A stretch of DNA of 64,000 bases from an uncultured Gammaproteobacteria bacterium (GCA_964576435.1 CAZNUP010000002.1:107302-171301), one strand, 5' to 3'; shown: positions 1-9,927, counted from the stretch's first letter. A program made the numbers and translations. Notes: generated from the sequence alone by a model not told the origin.

Positions 1-311
1 CTACCATCTGATTCAAAAAGACCAATGATGCCTTGATAGTTTTTGCCGTCAATGGTTTCTTGCTTTCCCACAATATGGCAAACCTCAACTATGCCACTGG
101 GACTCATTTCGACCCGGCGTCTCCAAATAAGTCTTTGTCCTTTTTTAAACCTTAGGAAAAAGAGTCTATTTCCTCCCTCCCACATTTCAAAAGCCGCCAG
201 TTTATTCCGGTCAATGTTTTTGTAGGCGTTTAAGGTGCCATCGGGTTCGATTTGACTTAAGGAAGACCCATCTTCATACTTTGCTACCCAGTGATATCTT
301 TGTCCTGGCAT
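1..311 (-). CDS. Partial hypothetical protein, runs off the window edge
   Basis: ATG at 311 abuts the stop of 312..566; open frame MPGQRYHWVAKYEDGSSLSQIEPDG... to the edge. Confidence 0.7.
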   Translation of the reverse strand, partial: MPGQRYHWVAKYEDGSSLSQIEPDGTLNAYKNIDRNKLAAFEMWEGGNRLFFLRFKKGQRLIWRRRVEMSPSGIVEVCHIVGKQETIDGKNYQGIIGLFESDG

Positions 312-566
312 TTAGATGGCAATTATTTCTACATTATCTTCACGAGTCCACCAGCCTTTGCCGACAGTAATGCCTCTCGTGGGGTCAGTTTTCTCCTCGA
401 CCAATTTGTCTAGAGAGTGGGCATAATCTGTGAAGTGTTCAAGTTCAATGCCTAGAGTTTTTCCAGGAACGTTTTGAACCACTTTGACGATCCCTTCGGT
501 AGGGACTCCGCCTGGAGGATCAATTATTATCTTTACTTTTTGGCCAGTAGTTAGTTTTTGAGCCAT
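312..566 (-). CDS. Small hypothetical protein, possibly SH3-like beta barrel
   Basis: 84-aa ORF tightly packed with both neighbours. Confidence 0.7.
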   Translation of the reverse strand: MAQKLTTGQKVKIIIDPPGGVPTEGIVKVVQNVPGKTLGIELEHFTDYAHSLDKLVEEKTDPTRGITVGKGWWTREDNVEIIAI

Positions 567-571
567 AGGTT

Positions 572-1117
572 TTAAGCACTAGTGTCATCGTATTTCCAGG
601 TAAATGTTTCTTGAGCTGTAGCTCCACTTTGAGCACTACTTCCAACCTCTATCTGATAAACCATGAAATTGCCGATATCTCCAGTTGTTGAAGCGCTTCC
701 TGGAATTGATTTCGGGGAAGAGGAGGTAAAAGAAAATACATCTACTGGTGTGCCACTTAGACTAGGATATGTTCCTTGAGTTAACTGAGTTCCTGTTTGA
801 CCTGGGGTGCCAGTTGCTTGGACATAGGCGGAAGCTGTATTTCCAATACAAGTTACGCCAGTTCCAAAATTATTTGTACCATCGGTGTACCAGCGTAAAT
901 TATCAACTGTGCCTTGGTTTATCGCAGTTATGCCTAGCCTCGTTGAGACCCAGTAGGAATAGTTGAAGCCAACAGCTGGGACCAAAATAGAGTTTGTTGT
1001 GCCTGACAGAGAGTGCACATCTTCGGCATTAGCTCTTGTATTTATGCCAGTAATGTTGGTTTTGGTTGGACTGGCGCCATTTCCTGTCCAACGCATGATT
1101 ATCACAGATGCTGCCAT
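572..1117 (-). CDS. Thr/Gly/Ser-rich beta-strand protein, phage structural-like
   Basis: ORF; likely start MAASVII at 1117; composition only. Confidence 0.6.
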   Translation of the reverse strand: MAASVIIMRWTGNGASPTKTNITGINTRANAEDVHSLSGTTNSILVPAVGFNYSYWVSTRLGITAINQGTVDNLRWYTDGTNNFGTGVTCIGNTASAYVQATGTPGQTGTQLTQGTYPSLSGTPVDVFSFTSSSPKSIPGSASTTGDIGNFMVYQIEVGSSAQSGATAQETFTWKYDDTSA

Positions 1118-1169
1118 ACGTTTAATCAATGTAATTTACAGGTTAATACCTTGTCAAGAGGAAAAGACC

Positions 1170-1193
1170 ATTTTGGGGTTGAACCCCTAAAAT
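1170..1193. repeat. REP-like hairpin upstream of RAYT
   Basis: ATTTTGGGGTTGAACCCCTAAAAT; related AGGTAAGACCT at 1845-1855. Confidence 0.5.
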
Positions 1194-1216
1194 AGATTGT
1201 ATAGAATGGTATTTCT

Positions 1217-1843
1217 ATGCCACTCAAATTTGTAACTCGAAATCTTAAAAGTAACGCTTATTACCATGTTTATAACCAAGGACTTGGGAAAAGGGAGATT
1301 TTTCTTGATTCAGAGGATTACAAGATGTTTTTGTACTATTTAGATATATATACGAGTAGTTTAGTGGAAGTGGAGGCGAGGTATCCGGAGTTACCTCATA
1401 GACTTAAGAGTAATAATTTGAGCTCCGAAATTAAATTAATTGCATACTGCTTGATGCCAGATCACTTTCATTTGCTTGTTAAACAACAAACTCCAGATGC
1501 ACTTCCTAAACTTATGAAGCAGATTACGAATGGGTACACAACTTACTTTAATGCAAAATATAAACGGGCTGGGGGAGTTGTGCAGGGAAGATACCGTGCT
1601 GTTATTATTGAAAGTGAATTCTTGGTTTTGGAGATGGTTAGATTTGTACATTTAAATCCGCAAGCTTCTGGGCTTTCTTCTGACCCCCGAAACTATACGT
1701 GGTCTAGTATGAATAACCATGGACCATCTAACGAGCTTTTAAATAGGTTTGGATCAGTTGAAGAGTGGGAGAGGTTTCATTTAGACCGTGAGAGCTATGA
1801 ACGAGGAAAAGAAAAGATAAAACACTTGATGATTGAGATTTAA
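1217..1843 (+). CDS. REP-associated tyrosine transposase (RAYT, Y1/HUH family)
   Basis: YHVYNQG, AYCLMPDHFHLL (HUH), GRY, FVHLNP and YTWSS motifs. Confidence 0.9.
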   Translation: MPLKFVTRNLKSNAYYHVYNQGLGKREIFLDSEDYKMFLYYLDIYTSSLVEVEARYPELPHRLKSNNLSSEIKLIAYCLMPDHFHLLVKQQTPDALPKLMKQITNGYTTYFNAKYKRAGGVVQGRYRAVIIESEFLVLEMVRFVHLNPQASGLSSDPRNYTWSSMNNHGPSNELLNRFGSVEEWERFHLDRESYERGKEKIKHLMIEI

Positions 1844-1856
1844 AAGGTAAGACCTC

Positions 1857-2642
1857 TTAGAAGGCAGAATCGTATAGTCCGTAGACAAGGTTGGCTCTAT
1901 TTTTCCAATTCTTAGTGAAGTTTTCTTCGCCTCTTGCGTAGCGGAAAGATCCCGTGTCAGTTTCTTTCATAATGTACCACCTACCGGTTCTATCTATATA
2001 GCCAAAGTAAGTGGGATTAGAGTCATCAATTTCTGAAATCTTATAGCCTAGTGTGGAGTCACTAACAGCAGTGGCTGCATTTTGGGTTGTTCCTTCAGGG
2101 AGGGCTCCAACATTTGCGTTTCCAAAGAAGGTGTTTTCTACCTTTTTAGTAAAGAGTGAGAGAAAAAAGACGCCAACTCCAACTGAACCAACAAGTTTGA
2201 TAAATGTTCTTCTGTCCATGTCGAAGTCTTTTTCGATGGTTGGTTCTTCTTTAGTTTCTGATACAACTTCTGGTGCTTTTTCTTCAGTTTTAGCCTCGAC
2301 AAAATCCTGATCAAGTTTTTTACCCCTTTTTGGGAGAACAAGTATCCAGAAATATGCAGCAAGGGGAATAAAAAGAGCTGCACTAATTAGTTCTGCTGTG
2401 TTTGTGGCTCCAAGAAACCCAGATATTGCCATGATATTTACAATAATGAAATCGTAGTAGAGAAGTAGCTTGTGACCCTTATTGGGACGAAAAACCACTA
2501 AGCCAAAATGAATGACGACTGGTAGGAAGAGGAGGAAGACGAGTGGATTACCAGTTTCAAGTGTTTGACTAGCAGCTCCAATAGTAATAAAGATGGAGAG
2601 TAGAGAAACGTAGAACAATAATATGATGCGGGCAATTCTCAT
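1857..2642 (-). CDS. Membrane protein with internal RRxF segment and phage-like C-terminal domain
   Basis: Four N-terminal TM helices, DRRTFIK plus TM, C-terminal YFGY..WYIMK..WKNRANLVY. Confidence 0.7.
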   Translation of the reverse strand: MRIARIILLFYVSLLSIFITIGAASQTLETGNPLVFLLFLPVVIHFGLVVFRPNKGHKLLLYYDFIIVNIMAISGFLGATNTAELISAALFIPLAAYFWILVLPKRGKKLDQDFVEAKTEEKAPEVVSETKEEPTIEKDFDMDRRTFIKLVGSVGVGVFFLSLFTKKVENTFFGNANVGALPEGTTQNAATAVSDSTLGYKISEIDDSNPTYFGYIDRTGRWYIMKETDTGSFRYARGEENFTKNWKNRANLVYGLYDSAF

Positions 2643-2651
2643 TTATGGAAT

Positions 2652-3290
2652 TTAATATAAGACCTCTTTGACCATAGAACTTTCAATATAGCCTTCTTTG
2701 TTGTTTTCGTAGACTAGATACCAACTATCATCTTTGCTTAGGAATATATAAGGTTTGCCAAATTCTGCGGTTCCTACTACTTCTGAAGATGTGCTTTTCT
2801 CTTTATAGATGTTGACTGGAGTAGTTTCAGGTTTTTCTTTTAAAGTAATTGTATTTATCTTTTGATCGCTTTGACCTAAAATGGCCTTGGCTGGTACCGG
2901 TTGAACAGGTTTAGTGGACAATTTTTCTACTTCTTGTGTGAGATTGTCTAGTCTCTGAGTAACTCTATCACTCGAATATTCTGTTTGGATTGTCTTTACT
3001 TGTTTTTGGGATTTGTTTGAATAGGAAATCACGCCGGAATAGATGAGCGCACTAAGTGAACTAGCCAAAAGCGCCATTAAGAAAAATGGCACAGTTTTAG
3101 TCATGTTGTCTTTTGAAAAGTCAGCTTTAATGATTCCAGCGGCAGTTGCCCAGAAATATATGCCGCAAGGGATAAAAAGGAGAGCTACAAGAAAGCTTTC
3201 TGGTCTGGAACTTACAAAGATAGCCCAAATTAGAAGTGCTGTTGAAACAATTAATGTGTAATAAGCAAGAATGATCTGAAATTTCTTCAT
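2652..3290 (-). CDS. Membrane protein with C-terminal SH3b domain
   Basis: Three TM helices; VNIY..STSSEVVG..WYLV..EGYI. Confidence 0.7.
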   Translation of the reverse strand: MKKFQIILAYYTLIVSTALLIWAIFVSSRPESFLVALLFIPCGIYFWATAAGIIKADFSKDNMTKTVPFFLMALLASSLSALIYSGVISYSNKSQKQVKTIQTEYSSDRVTQRLDNLTQEVEKLSTKPVQPVPAKAILGQSDQKINTITLKEKPETTPVNIYKEKSTSSEVVGTAEFGKPYIFLSKDDSWYLVYENNKEGYIESSMVKEVLY

Positions 3291-3326
3291 ATGTGTCTAA
3301 CTATTCAGTATAGCAAAAATTATTGC

Positions 3327-3356
3327 TTGACAAGGATATAATTATGTTATAACATA
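3327..3356 (+). promoter_or_regulatory. TA promoter with palindromic operator
   Basis: TTGACA 3327-3332; palindrome TATGTTATAACATA 3343-3356 over the -10 region. Confidence 0.6.
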
Positions 3357-3365
3357 TGTACTAAC

Positions 3366-3608
3366 ATGATGTTAACAATTTTTAGAGCTGGGAATAGTGA
3401 TGTTGTTGCTTTAAATCCTATTTTGAAAGAGAAATACGGGTTTAAAACTGGTGTAAAAATTATTCAAGAAGATTCGGAAAACGGAATCTTAATTAGACCA
3501 CTTAAACCTAAAACAAAAAAAAAGGAAAGTAAGGTCAATAAAGATTTTAATAACTGGCTTAAGGGAGCTTTGGAAGAGGATAGCCTTTTATTAGATGAAC
3601 TAAAGTAA
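3366..3608 (+). CDS. AbrB/MazE-type antitoxin
   Basis: IFRAGNSDVVAL...GILIRP swapped-hairpin motif; directly upstream of Doc. Confidence 0.8.
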   Translation: MMLTIFRAGNSDVVALNPILKEKYGFKTGVKIIQEDSENGILIRPLKPKTKKKESKVNKDFNNWLKGALEEDSLLLDELK

Positions 3609-3610
3609 AA

Positions 3611-3997
3611 GTGACAAAATTTGTTCCAATTGAAGAAGTTTATGAGATCCACGAAGCAATAATTAAACAAGTTGGAACGAAGGCTTCAGTTAGGGATTTT
3701 ACACTTCTACATTCAGCAGTTGAAAGACCAAAGGCTACATTTGATGGAAAAGATCTCTATCCTACAATTTTTACTAAAGCAGCAGCTCTTCTTCAATCGA
3801 TTTGTTTAAATCACCCTTTTACAGATGGGAATAAACGTTCTGCTTGGTTATCTACCAAAAGGTTCCTATTTATTAACGGGTATCATTTAAGAGCTGAACC
3901 CAAGGAGGGAGCTAATTTCATGGTTTATGTGGATAATAGTAAGCCGGAACTCTTGGAAATTGCTCGTTGGCTTAAAGATCACTCCAAAAAGAACTAA
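3611..3997 (+). CDS. doc: Death-on-curing (Doc/Fic) family toxin
   Basis: HPFTDGNKR motif; LLHSAVERP. Confidence 0.9.
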   Translation: MTKFVPIEEVYEIHEAIIKQVGTKASVRDFTLLHSAVERPKATFDGKDLYPTIFTKAAALLQSICLNHPFTDGNKRSAWLSTKRFLFINGYHLRAEPKEGANFMVYVDNSKPELLEIARWLKDHSKKN

Positions 3998-4020
3998 AAA
4001 ACCCGCTTGCGCGGGGTTTT
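3996..4020. terminator. Bidirectional intrinsic terminator
   Basis: AAAAAACCCGC-TTGC-GCGGGGTTTT between convergent doc and rplL. Confidence 0.7.
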
Positions 4021-4042
4021 AGTTTTAAACTTAAGTTTAAAG

Positions 4043-4429
4043 TTATTTGAGTTCAACTTTAGCTCCTGCAGCTTCAAGCTTTTTCTTTGCTTCTTCTGCG
4101 GTTGCCTTGTTTGCTCCAGTTAGAACTTCTTTAGGAGCGGATTCGACGAGAGTTTTGGCTTCGGCGAGTCCAAGAGTTGGAACGACTTCACGAACGGCTT
4201 TAATTACACCGATCTTGTTGTCTCCGGCTGCGGCGATTACTACGTTAAAAGAAGTTTGTTCTTCTTTTGGACCTTCATCGGCTGCGGCTGCGGCTTGTGG
4301 AGCTGCTTGTGCCATTGGGGCTGCAGAAACTCCAAACTTTTCTTCCAAAGCTTTAACGAGTTCAGAAAGTTCCAATACGGAAAGTTCTGAAATTGCGTCA
4401 ATTAATTCGTCTTTTGTCATTTTTGCCAT
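4043..4429 (-). CDS. rplL: 50S ribosomal protein L7/L12
   Basis: [27 protein letters not shown]. Confidence 0.98.
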   Translation of the reverse strand: MAKMTKDELIDAISELSVLELSELVKALEEKFGVSAAPMAQAAPQAAAAADEGPKEEQTSFNVVIAAAGDNKIGVIKAVREVVPTLGLAEAKTLVESAPKEVLTGANKATAEEAKKKLEAAGAKVELK

Positions 4430-4447
4430 TAGTACTCACCTCCAATT

Positions 4448-4936
4448 TTAGTCTTTCTTAATTTGAGAAAGCACATAAACTAATTTGTTGAGATTTGCAT
4501 TTAGTGTGTAAACAAGTCCGTAGATTGGTCCATTGAGGCGGCCAACTACCATTCCTTGTAATTCTTGTTTTCCAGGAAGTTTTGACATTGCCTCAGTTTG
4601 TTTATCGTCATATCTGACTCCAGAAAACATACTGAATTTTATTTTTGGAAGGGAAGTGGTTTTTGCGAATTTAGCTAGATCCTTAAGTGGGGCTAGTTCG
4701 TCTTCATAGGCAAGAAGAATAGCTGTTGGACCAGTTGATTCAATGCCATCAGAGGCAATTTTTAGGAGAGAATTTTTGACAACCATGTATTCGCCGCCAG
4801 ATAACTTGACTGTTTTGTGAAGATCTTCGGCTTGTTTGTGAGTTAGACCTTGATAGTCGGTAACGACAATGGATTTGGACTTTGCGACTTTGTCTTTTAA
4901 CTCAGAAACTACGGTAATGTTTTTTGTTTTTGGCAT
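4448..4936 (-). CDS. rplJ: 50S ribosomal protein L10
   Basis: DYQGLT, VVKNSL, GPTA; start MPKTKN. Confidence 0.95.
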   Translation of the reverse strand: MPKTKNITVVSELKDKVAKSKSIVVTDYQGLTHKQAEDLHKTVKLSGGEYMVVKNSLLKIASDGIESTGPTAILLAYEDELAPLKDLAKFAKTTSLPKIKFSMFSGVRYDDKQTEAMSKLPGKQELQGMVVGRLNGPIYGLVYTLNANLNKLVYVLSQIKKD

Positions 4937-4944
4937 ATTTTTAA

Positions 4945-5040
4945 AATAAAAAAACTCGCCAAAGCGAGTCAAAATAAGAAAATCTATTTTTGCCTCGGTA
5001 GGTCTTTTGCTATTTCTAGCTGCCTACTGTCTTTGGTGGA
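4945..5040 (-). promoter_or_regulatory. L10 leader RNA with attenuator hairpin
   Basis: Minus strand ACCAAAGACAGTAGG...CCTACCGAGG followed by GACTCGC-TTTG-GCGAGTTTTTT, upstream of rplJ. Confidence 0.8.
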
Positions 5041-5081
5041 TTTATTATAAATGATTCGAAATGGGTTTGCAACAGGTTGTG

Positions 5082-5483
5082 TTACTGCAAAGAAGAGATG
5101 ATTAACCCACATGCAGCCATTCCTAGGCCAGATATCGTAAGCCAGAATATCGTCTTTTGCGTCACTGAAATCCTAGGTGGGTTGTTTTCGAAATTTATCA
5201 TGTCATATTTTATACCAGTGGTTCGAGCGATGTCTAAGCCCATTCCACTAGTTTCCTCAAGACGGTTCAAAACATCTGAAACCATTTGTTTGGTTGCGTG
5301 CGGATCATCCGCTAGCAGTTTTAATTGCTCTAAAGATGCCCTTGAAGCTTCATAAGAAGTGGATTCATACCCTCTGGGAACATCATTTCCGTCTAATACT
5401 GGAGGGTTTGCACCTAGTCTGAGACTTTCTCTTTCTGCTTTGTTGAATGGTCCTTCTCCTCGAAAAATTGTTTTTAATGACAT
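5082..5483 (-). CDS. Hypothetical protein with C-terminal TM, between rplA and rplJ
   Basis: 133-aa ORF with its own TATAAT 7 nt before ATG. Confidence 0.65.
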   Translation of the reverse strand: MSLKTIFRGEGPFNKAERESLRLGANPPVLDGNDVPRGYESTSYEASRASLEQLKLLADDPHATKQMVSDVLNRLEETSGMGLDIARTTGIKYDMINFENNPPRISVTQKTIFWLTISGLGMAACGLIISSLQ

Positions 5484-5532
5484 GTTTTATATTATAGGGT
5501 ATTATGTCTTAAAACGCAAGCTTGAAATTTTA

Positions 5533-6375
5533 TTAGAGGGAGATTTTGATGGAGGGACCCATGGTTGCTTTTGTAAATGCTGATTTCACTCTGTCTTTAC
5601 CAATTGATTTAAAGAGAGCTTGGTAGTTTTCTTCAAGTTTCTTTGTATCAAAACTCACTTTTCCAATGATTGTATGGATAATTGGGAGGTCGTTTTGAGT
5701 TTTCCATTGAACTTGACCTTGGGAAAGATCTTTAACTAGTTTGTCTGTGTCAGTTCCAATTGTGCCTGTTTTTGGATTTGGCATTAGTCCTTTTGGACCT
5801 AGGATTTTTGCTACTTTAGCGAGTTTTGGCATCATTGATGGATCGGCTACTAAGATGTCGAAATTTATACCGCCACCAGAACTAATTGAGCTAATTAATT
5901 CGTCAGTTGCAACTACGACTCGAACTTGTTTTCCGGTTCCATGGGGGAGAGCTACTGTGCCTCTAATGCCTTTTTCAGTGACATTTAAATGAAGTTCAAC
6001 GGAGCCGTCAAATTTGGAATAACTGGTTTTTTTGACGAGTTCAAGTGCATCCTTAAGTGAATAACTCTTATTTTTATCAACCATTTCACTTGAAGCGGTG
6101 GCCTTTTTACCAGTTTCAAAGTGATATTGATCATTTAAGGAAGTCTTTTTTGATTTGGATTTCTTTTTGCCGGTTTCTTTTTCACCTTCAAGATCGCCAT
6201 CATCAATGATTGGGTGAGTAGCTACTTCTTCAACGGTTGCGGAAGGATTAGTGTCTTCTTTATGTTTAGTAGCTTCTTTTTGAGCTTTCTTTTGCTCACG
6301 TTTAATTTCAGCCTTTTTCTTGGCTGCTTCTTCCGCTATTTCATCTCCGATGACTACTGTTTTAACTTTTCCCAT
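5533..6375 (-). CDS. rplA: 50S ribosomal protein L1 with charged N-terminal extension
   Basis: LPHGTGK, LGPKGLMPNPKTGT, TMGPS. Confidence 0.97.
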   Translation of the reverse strand: MGKVKTVVIGDEIAEEAAKKKAEIKREQKKAQKEATKHKEDTNPSATVEEVATHPIIDDGDLEGEKETGKKKSKSKKTSLNDQYHFETGKKATASSEMVDKNKSYSLKDALELVKKTSYSKFDGSVELHLNVTEKGIRGTVALPHGTGKQVRVVVATDELISSISSGGGINFDILVADPSMMPKLAKVAKILGPKGLMPNPKTGTIGTDTDKLVKDLSQGQVQWKTQNDLPIIHTIIGKVSFDTKKLEENYQALFKSIGKDRVKSAFTKATMGPSIKISL

Positions 6376-6381
6376 ATATTT

Positions 6382-6807
6382 TTATTCAACTTTAACTCCC
6401 ATTGATCTTGCAGTCCCAGCGACTACTTTACTTGCGGCATCAATATCTCCGTTAGCATTTAAATCTGGCATCTTTGCTTCGGCGATTTTTTTGACTTGAT
6501 CTTTAGTTATGGTTCCAGCTGATTCGCGTCCTGGTTTTTGTGAACCCTTTTCAAGCTTAGCTTCTTTCTTGATAAGTTCAGATACAGGGGGAAGTTTGGT
6601 GATAAATGTAAAAGTTCTGTCTTCAAAAACAGTGATAACGGCAGGAATTACTTGGCCTTTTTGCGCAGCTGTCTTTTCGTTATAAGCCCTTACGAAGTCC
6701 ATGATAGGAATACCCTGAGGACCTAGTGCAGTGCCTACTGGTGGTGCTGGAGTTGCTTCACCTGCGGGGAGATTAATTTTAATGACTGTTTTGATCTTTT
6801 TTGCCAT
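6382..6807 (-). CDS. rplK: 50S ribosomal protein L11
   Basis: [22 protein letters not shown]. Confidence 0.98.
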   Translation of the reverse strand: MAKKIKTVIKINLPAGEATPAPPVGTALGPQGIPIMDFVRAYNEKTAAQKGQVIPAVITVFEDRTFTFITKLPPVSELIKKEAKLEKGSQKPGRESAGTITKDQVKKIAEAKMPDLNANGDIDAASKVVAGTARSMGVKVE

Positions 6808-6861
6808 ATGTTTCGTCAGTTAGACTCCCATTTATTCAATGGTACGGTGATTATAGCAAAA

Positions 6862-7056
6862 TTAAAGTTCTTCTGCAATCTCTGCAGTACGTAGAGGTGC
6901 TTTTTCTGTTACACCATTTAAAAGTGGATAACGACGTATAACAGGATTACCATCTAAGTCTGTTCCCTGAACTTCAAAGTATTCAACTGGTTTTGGTGCA
7001 GGGTTAGGTAAATTAATTGTTATTACTTCTATTTTTTCGGATTCGCTTTTAGCCAT
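6862..7056 (-). CDS. Small hypothetical protein
   Basis: 64-aa ORF with upstream TTGACA. Confidence 0.5.
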   Translation of the reverse strand: MAKSESEKIEVITINLPNPAPKPVEYFEVQGTDLDGNPVIRRYPLLNGVTEKAPLRTAEIAEEL

Positions 7057-7102
7057 ATGAAAAGTTTAAATTGTCAACTTCTTACAAACAAGAGTTTTTC
7101 GT

Positions 7103-7684
7103 TTAGTCAAGCTGTGTAACTGTGACCTTGTCGTAGTGGACTGGTTGGGGAGAGTTTTGGGTTATAACTGCTGAAACTTTAAAACTAGATGAGTTACATA
7201 CTAAGGTCTGCTTTGTCCAATTTCTTTCAGTTTGGGGAACGGTAAATTTTTCGCTGCAGAGAGTATTGCCTTTATAGCCTAAAAGCTCCAGCGCCCCACG
7301 AGTTTCAGCTAAGGTTGAAGTTGGTTTTACCCACACTATTAATTTGAGGGGTTTTAGATCAGTGGTGTAGTTGTCCACATAGAAGAGGTGACTCCTAATA
7401 CTTACCGCTTTTGGACTTGTTGATTCAGGAACAGTTGTTTTGTTGGGTGTTAACTCCAAGGAATAGACACCATCTAATAGATCTTGTGAGCGTCTAATTT
7501 GTTTTTCAGGATTAGTTGCTTGAATTATTATCCAATCATTGGGTAGAAGAGAACCATTTTGGAGAGACCAAGATTCAAAGCTGTAATTTGATGGATAACT
7601 TTTTTCTTCAGGAGTAGCTATCGCTTGCTTTGGAAAGAAAGTTAAAAAAAGGAGCAGGAATAGTGGAATAAATAGTTTAACCAC
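7103..7684 (-). CDS. Secreted protein, possible carbohydrate-binding jelly roll
   Basis: Signal peptide; NYSFE..W and YDKV motifs resembling CBM4/9-type domains. Confidence 0.6.
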   Translation of the reverse strand: MVKLFIPLFLLLFLTFFPKQAIATPEEKSYPSNYSFESWSLQNGSLLPNDWIIIQATNPEKQIRRSQDLLDGVYSLELTPNKTTVPESTSPKAVSIRSHLFYVDNYTTDLKPLKLIVWVKPTSTLAETRGALELLGYKGNTLCSEKFTVPQTERNWTKQTLVCNSSSFKVSAVITQNSPQPVHYDKVTVTQLD

Positions 7685-7696
7685 TAAGTTTGTAAA

Positions 7697-8278
7697 TTAT
7701 AGTTTGGATACTTGTAAGAAATCCAATTCGACCGGTGTTTCGCGACCAAAGATTGAAACGAGTACTTTTAGTTTACCGTGGGCTTCGTCAATTGAATCTA
7801 CAGTTCCTAAAAAGTCAGCAAATGGACCGTCAATGATCTTAACTGCTTCGCCATTTGAAAATGCAGCTTTGAATTTTGGCGCCTGTAATTGACTAAATTT
7901 AACAATTGCATCAACTTCTTTTTCAGAAAGGGGAGTTGGGCGGTTTCCAATGCCTACAAATGCTGTGACACCTGGTGTTGTTCTAACAACTAACCATGAA
8001 TCATCTTCTAAAACCATTTGGACAAGGATATATCCTGGGAAGATCTTTTCTTTGACATCTTCTTTTTTGCCTCTTTTGACAGTGACGGTGTCTCTAGTTG
8101 GAACAACGATTTCAAAGACTTTGCCACCAATATTCATGGCGTCAGCTCTTTGCCTAATAGCTGCAGCGACTTTGTTTTCGTGACCAGAGTAGGTGTGCAA
8201 GACAAACCACTTGGCATTATCTGGTGCTTTTGGAGTTTCTTCGATAACTGGTGTTTGTGCTTGTGCTTGGTCGTCCAT
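7697..8278 (-). CDS. nusG: Transcription termination/antitermination factor NusG
   Basis: [27 protein letters not shown]. Confidence 0.98.
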   Translation of the reverse strand: MDDQAQAQTPVIEETPKAPDNAKWFVLHTYSGHENKVAAAIRQRADAMNIGGKVFEIVVPTRDTVTVKRGKKEDVKEKIFPGYILVQMVLEDDSWLVVRTTPGVTAFVGIGNRPTPLSEKEVDAIVKFSQLQAPKFKAAFSNGEAVKIIDGPFADFLGTVDSIDEAHGKLKVLVSIFGRETPVELDFLQVSKL

Positions 8279-8279
8279 A

Positions 8280-8516
8280 TTATTTTCTTGCTAAAACTAA
8301 TTCAATTGCTTTTGCGAAAATTAAATCTAAAGCGCCTAAATAGAGTCCAACTAAAGCTGAGACTGCTATTACTACTATTGTATATTTAACAACGTCGCTT
8401 CTTGTTGGCCATGTAACTTTTTTAAGTTCAACTCTAACTTCTTTGAAGAAGTTAACTGGATTTTTACCAAAATCTGGTGCTGTAAATTGAAATGAACTTG
8501 TTTGTTCGTCGGCCAT
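8280..8516 (-). CDS. secE: Preprotein translocase subunit SecE
   Basis: [10 protein letters not shown]. Confidence 0.95.
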   Translation of the reverse strand: MADEQTSSFQFTAPDFGKNPVNFFKEVRVELKKVTWPTRSDVVKYTIVVIAVSALVGLYLGALDLIFAKAIELVLARK

Positions 8517-8600
8517 AATTTACTTAGTATAAAGGTTCTTTCCAACAAAAAACAGTCTCTTTGCGGACTGTCAAGTCTTTTTACTATATCAGATTTGACA

Positions 8601-9059
8601 TCATCTGTAAAGACCCTTTTCTACAGGGCTTCTTTGGTCTTTTTTGCAAGCTCTTAGATTGAAACCTTGTTTGTCTGTTAGGAATATGATTTCTCCACCG
8701 GTTCGACTTTGATCAAGGATAGTTTTTCCATCTGGGTCGTTTTCTGTATAGAGGAGTGTGGTTATTCCTGTTCTTGAGGTCCCAAACCTGTCTGCTTTGA
8801 CACAGCCATCTTTGGGTTTTTCAGTGGGTGCGGTTGGCTTGGTTTCAAGAGGTTTTGTGTTTTCTTGTGTTAGACCTGGAAGACTTATTGGTATACCGCC
8901 TATTGGCGGTAGGTCAAGATTAATGCCTCTGAAAGTCATTTCAGGTTGGACTATGGTTGTAATCATACAAGCAGGAACTATACAAGCAGTAACTAGTAGA
9001 CCGCTAATTAGGACACTTCTTCCGCTAATTTTATATGTTGGTTTGGCTTTTTCTGACAT
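8601..9059 (-). CDS. Hypothetical membrane-anchored protein
   Basis: N-terminal TM and Pro/Thr linker. Confidence 0.6.
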   Translation of the reverse strand: MSEKAKPTYKISGRSVLISGLLVTACIVPACMITTIVQPEMTFRGINLDLPPIGGIPISLPGLTQENTKPLETKPTAPTEKPKDGCVKADRFGTSRTGITTLLYTENDPDGKTILDQSRTGGEIIFLTDKQGFNLRACKKDQRSPVEKGLYR

Positions 9060-9105
9060 GAATTTGTGATTTTAGATTTTTGAAATAAATTGTCAACAAG
9101 CTTTA

Positions 9106-9927
9106 TTAATCTGCTTTAGATTTGGAATTTTGGAGGGACATATTTACCCAAGCATTTTTAGCACTTAGTAATAGAGCTGCATCACGGCTATTTAGAGTTA
9201 AATAATTAGTGGCTTCTTCAAACGTTACTCCGATAGAAAGAGTTGGAATAAATCCCGTATATTTGAAATTCATGTGTATAGTAGTCAGTCCAGTTAATGA
9301 GTTTGCTTCTGCGGAAAGATTTTGAGAATTGGTTGTTGGTTCTTTCTCGATGCCATGCGATTCGATACCTAGCCCGTTATCATTTAATTCTGTAAGAGTT
9401 TTAAAACGAGAGCCAGGGAATCCATATTTTAGTGCAGTATGGAAATCATGAAGCCTATGATCATTTGTAACATTTGATGGCTCCCATAGAAGACCAAAGG
9501 CATTGGCTAATATTTTCCCGTCATTAGAAACTTTTTGATCTGGAACAAGCAAAAACTTGGTTTCACTTTTGTTGAAAAAAATCACTGATTGATCTTGTTG
9601 AGGCATTCTTAGCCAGTCAGAGTCGTTAAATTCTGAGACCTTATTAAAAGTGAGTGTGCCTGTAGGAATAGGCTCATTAAAAGCGTCGTGGTTATACGAG
9701 TCAATTATTATGCCCTGAAGACCGGGTTTTATAGAGATAATTCCAAAACTATTGTTTTGAGGGCTGTTTTCAGATGTGCCACAGGCTGAAAGTGCAAAAA
9801 TTCCTAAAATTCCTACGCCCGCATTAAGACTGTGTTTTAAAAAATCTCGCCTGCTAAGAGGTTGCGAATCCCAAAGACTTGTTGGATCTTTTATTAGATT
9901 TGATAACTCTAAGTTTGTTGATTGCAT
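9106..9927 (-). CDS. Hypothetical lipoprotein with twin-arginine-like signal
   Basis: SRRDFLK, hydrophobic stretch, LSAC lipobox. Confidence 0.7.
   Translation of the reverse strand: MQSTNLELSNLIKDPTSLWDSQPLSRRDFLKHSLNAGVGILGIFALSACGTSENSPQNNSFGIISIKPGLQGIIIDSYNHDAFNEPIPTGTLTFNKVSEFNDSDWLRMPQQDQSVIFFNKSETKFLLVPDQKVSNDGKILANAFGLLWEPSNVTNDHRLHDFHTALKYGFPGSRFKTLTELNDNGLGIESHGIEKEPTTNSQNLSAEANSLTGLTTIHMNFKYTGFIPTLSIGVTFEEATNYLTLNSRDAALLLSAKNAWVNMSLQNSKSKAD

Noticed and set aside
4047-4451. Antisense ORF over rplL, and similar shadow ORFs elsewhere
   Set aside because: Codon-bias shadows of real genes.
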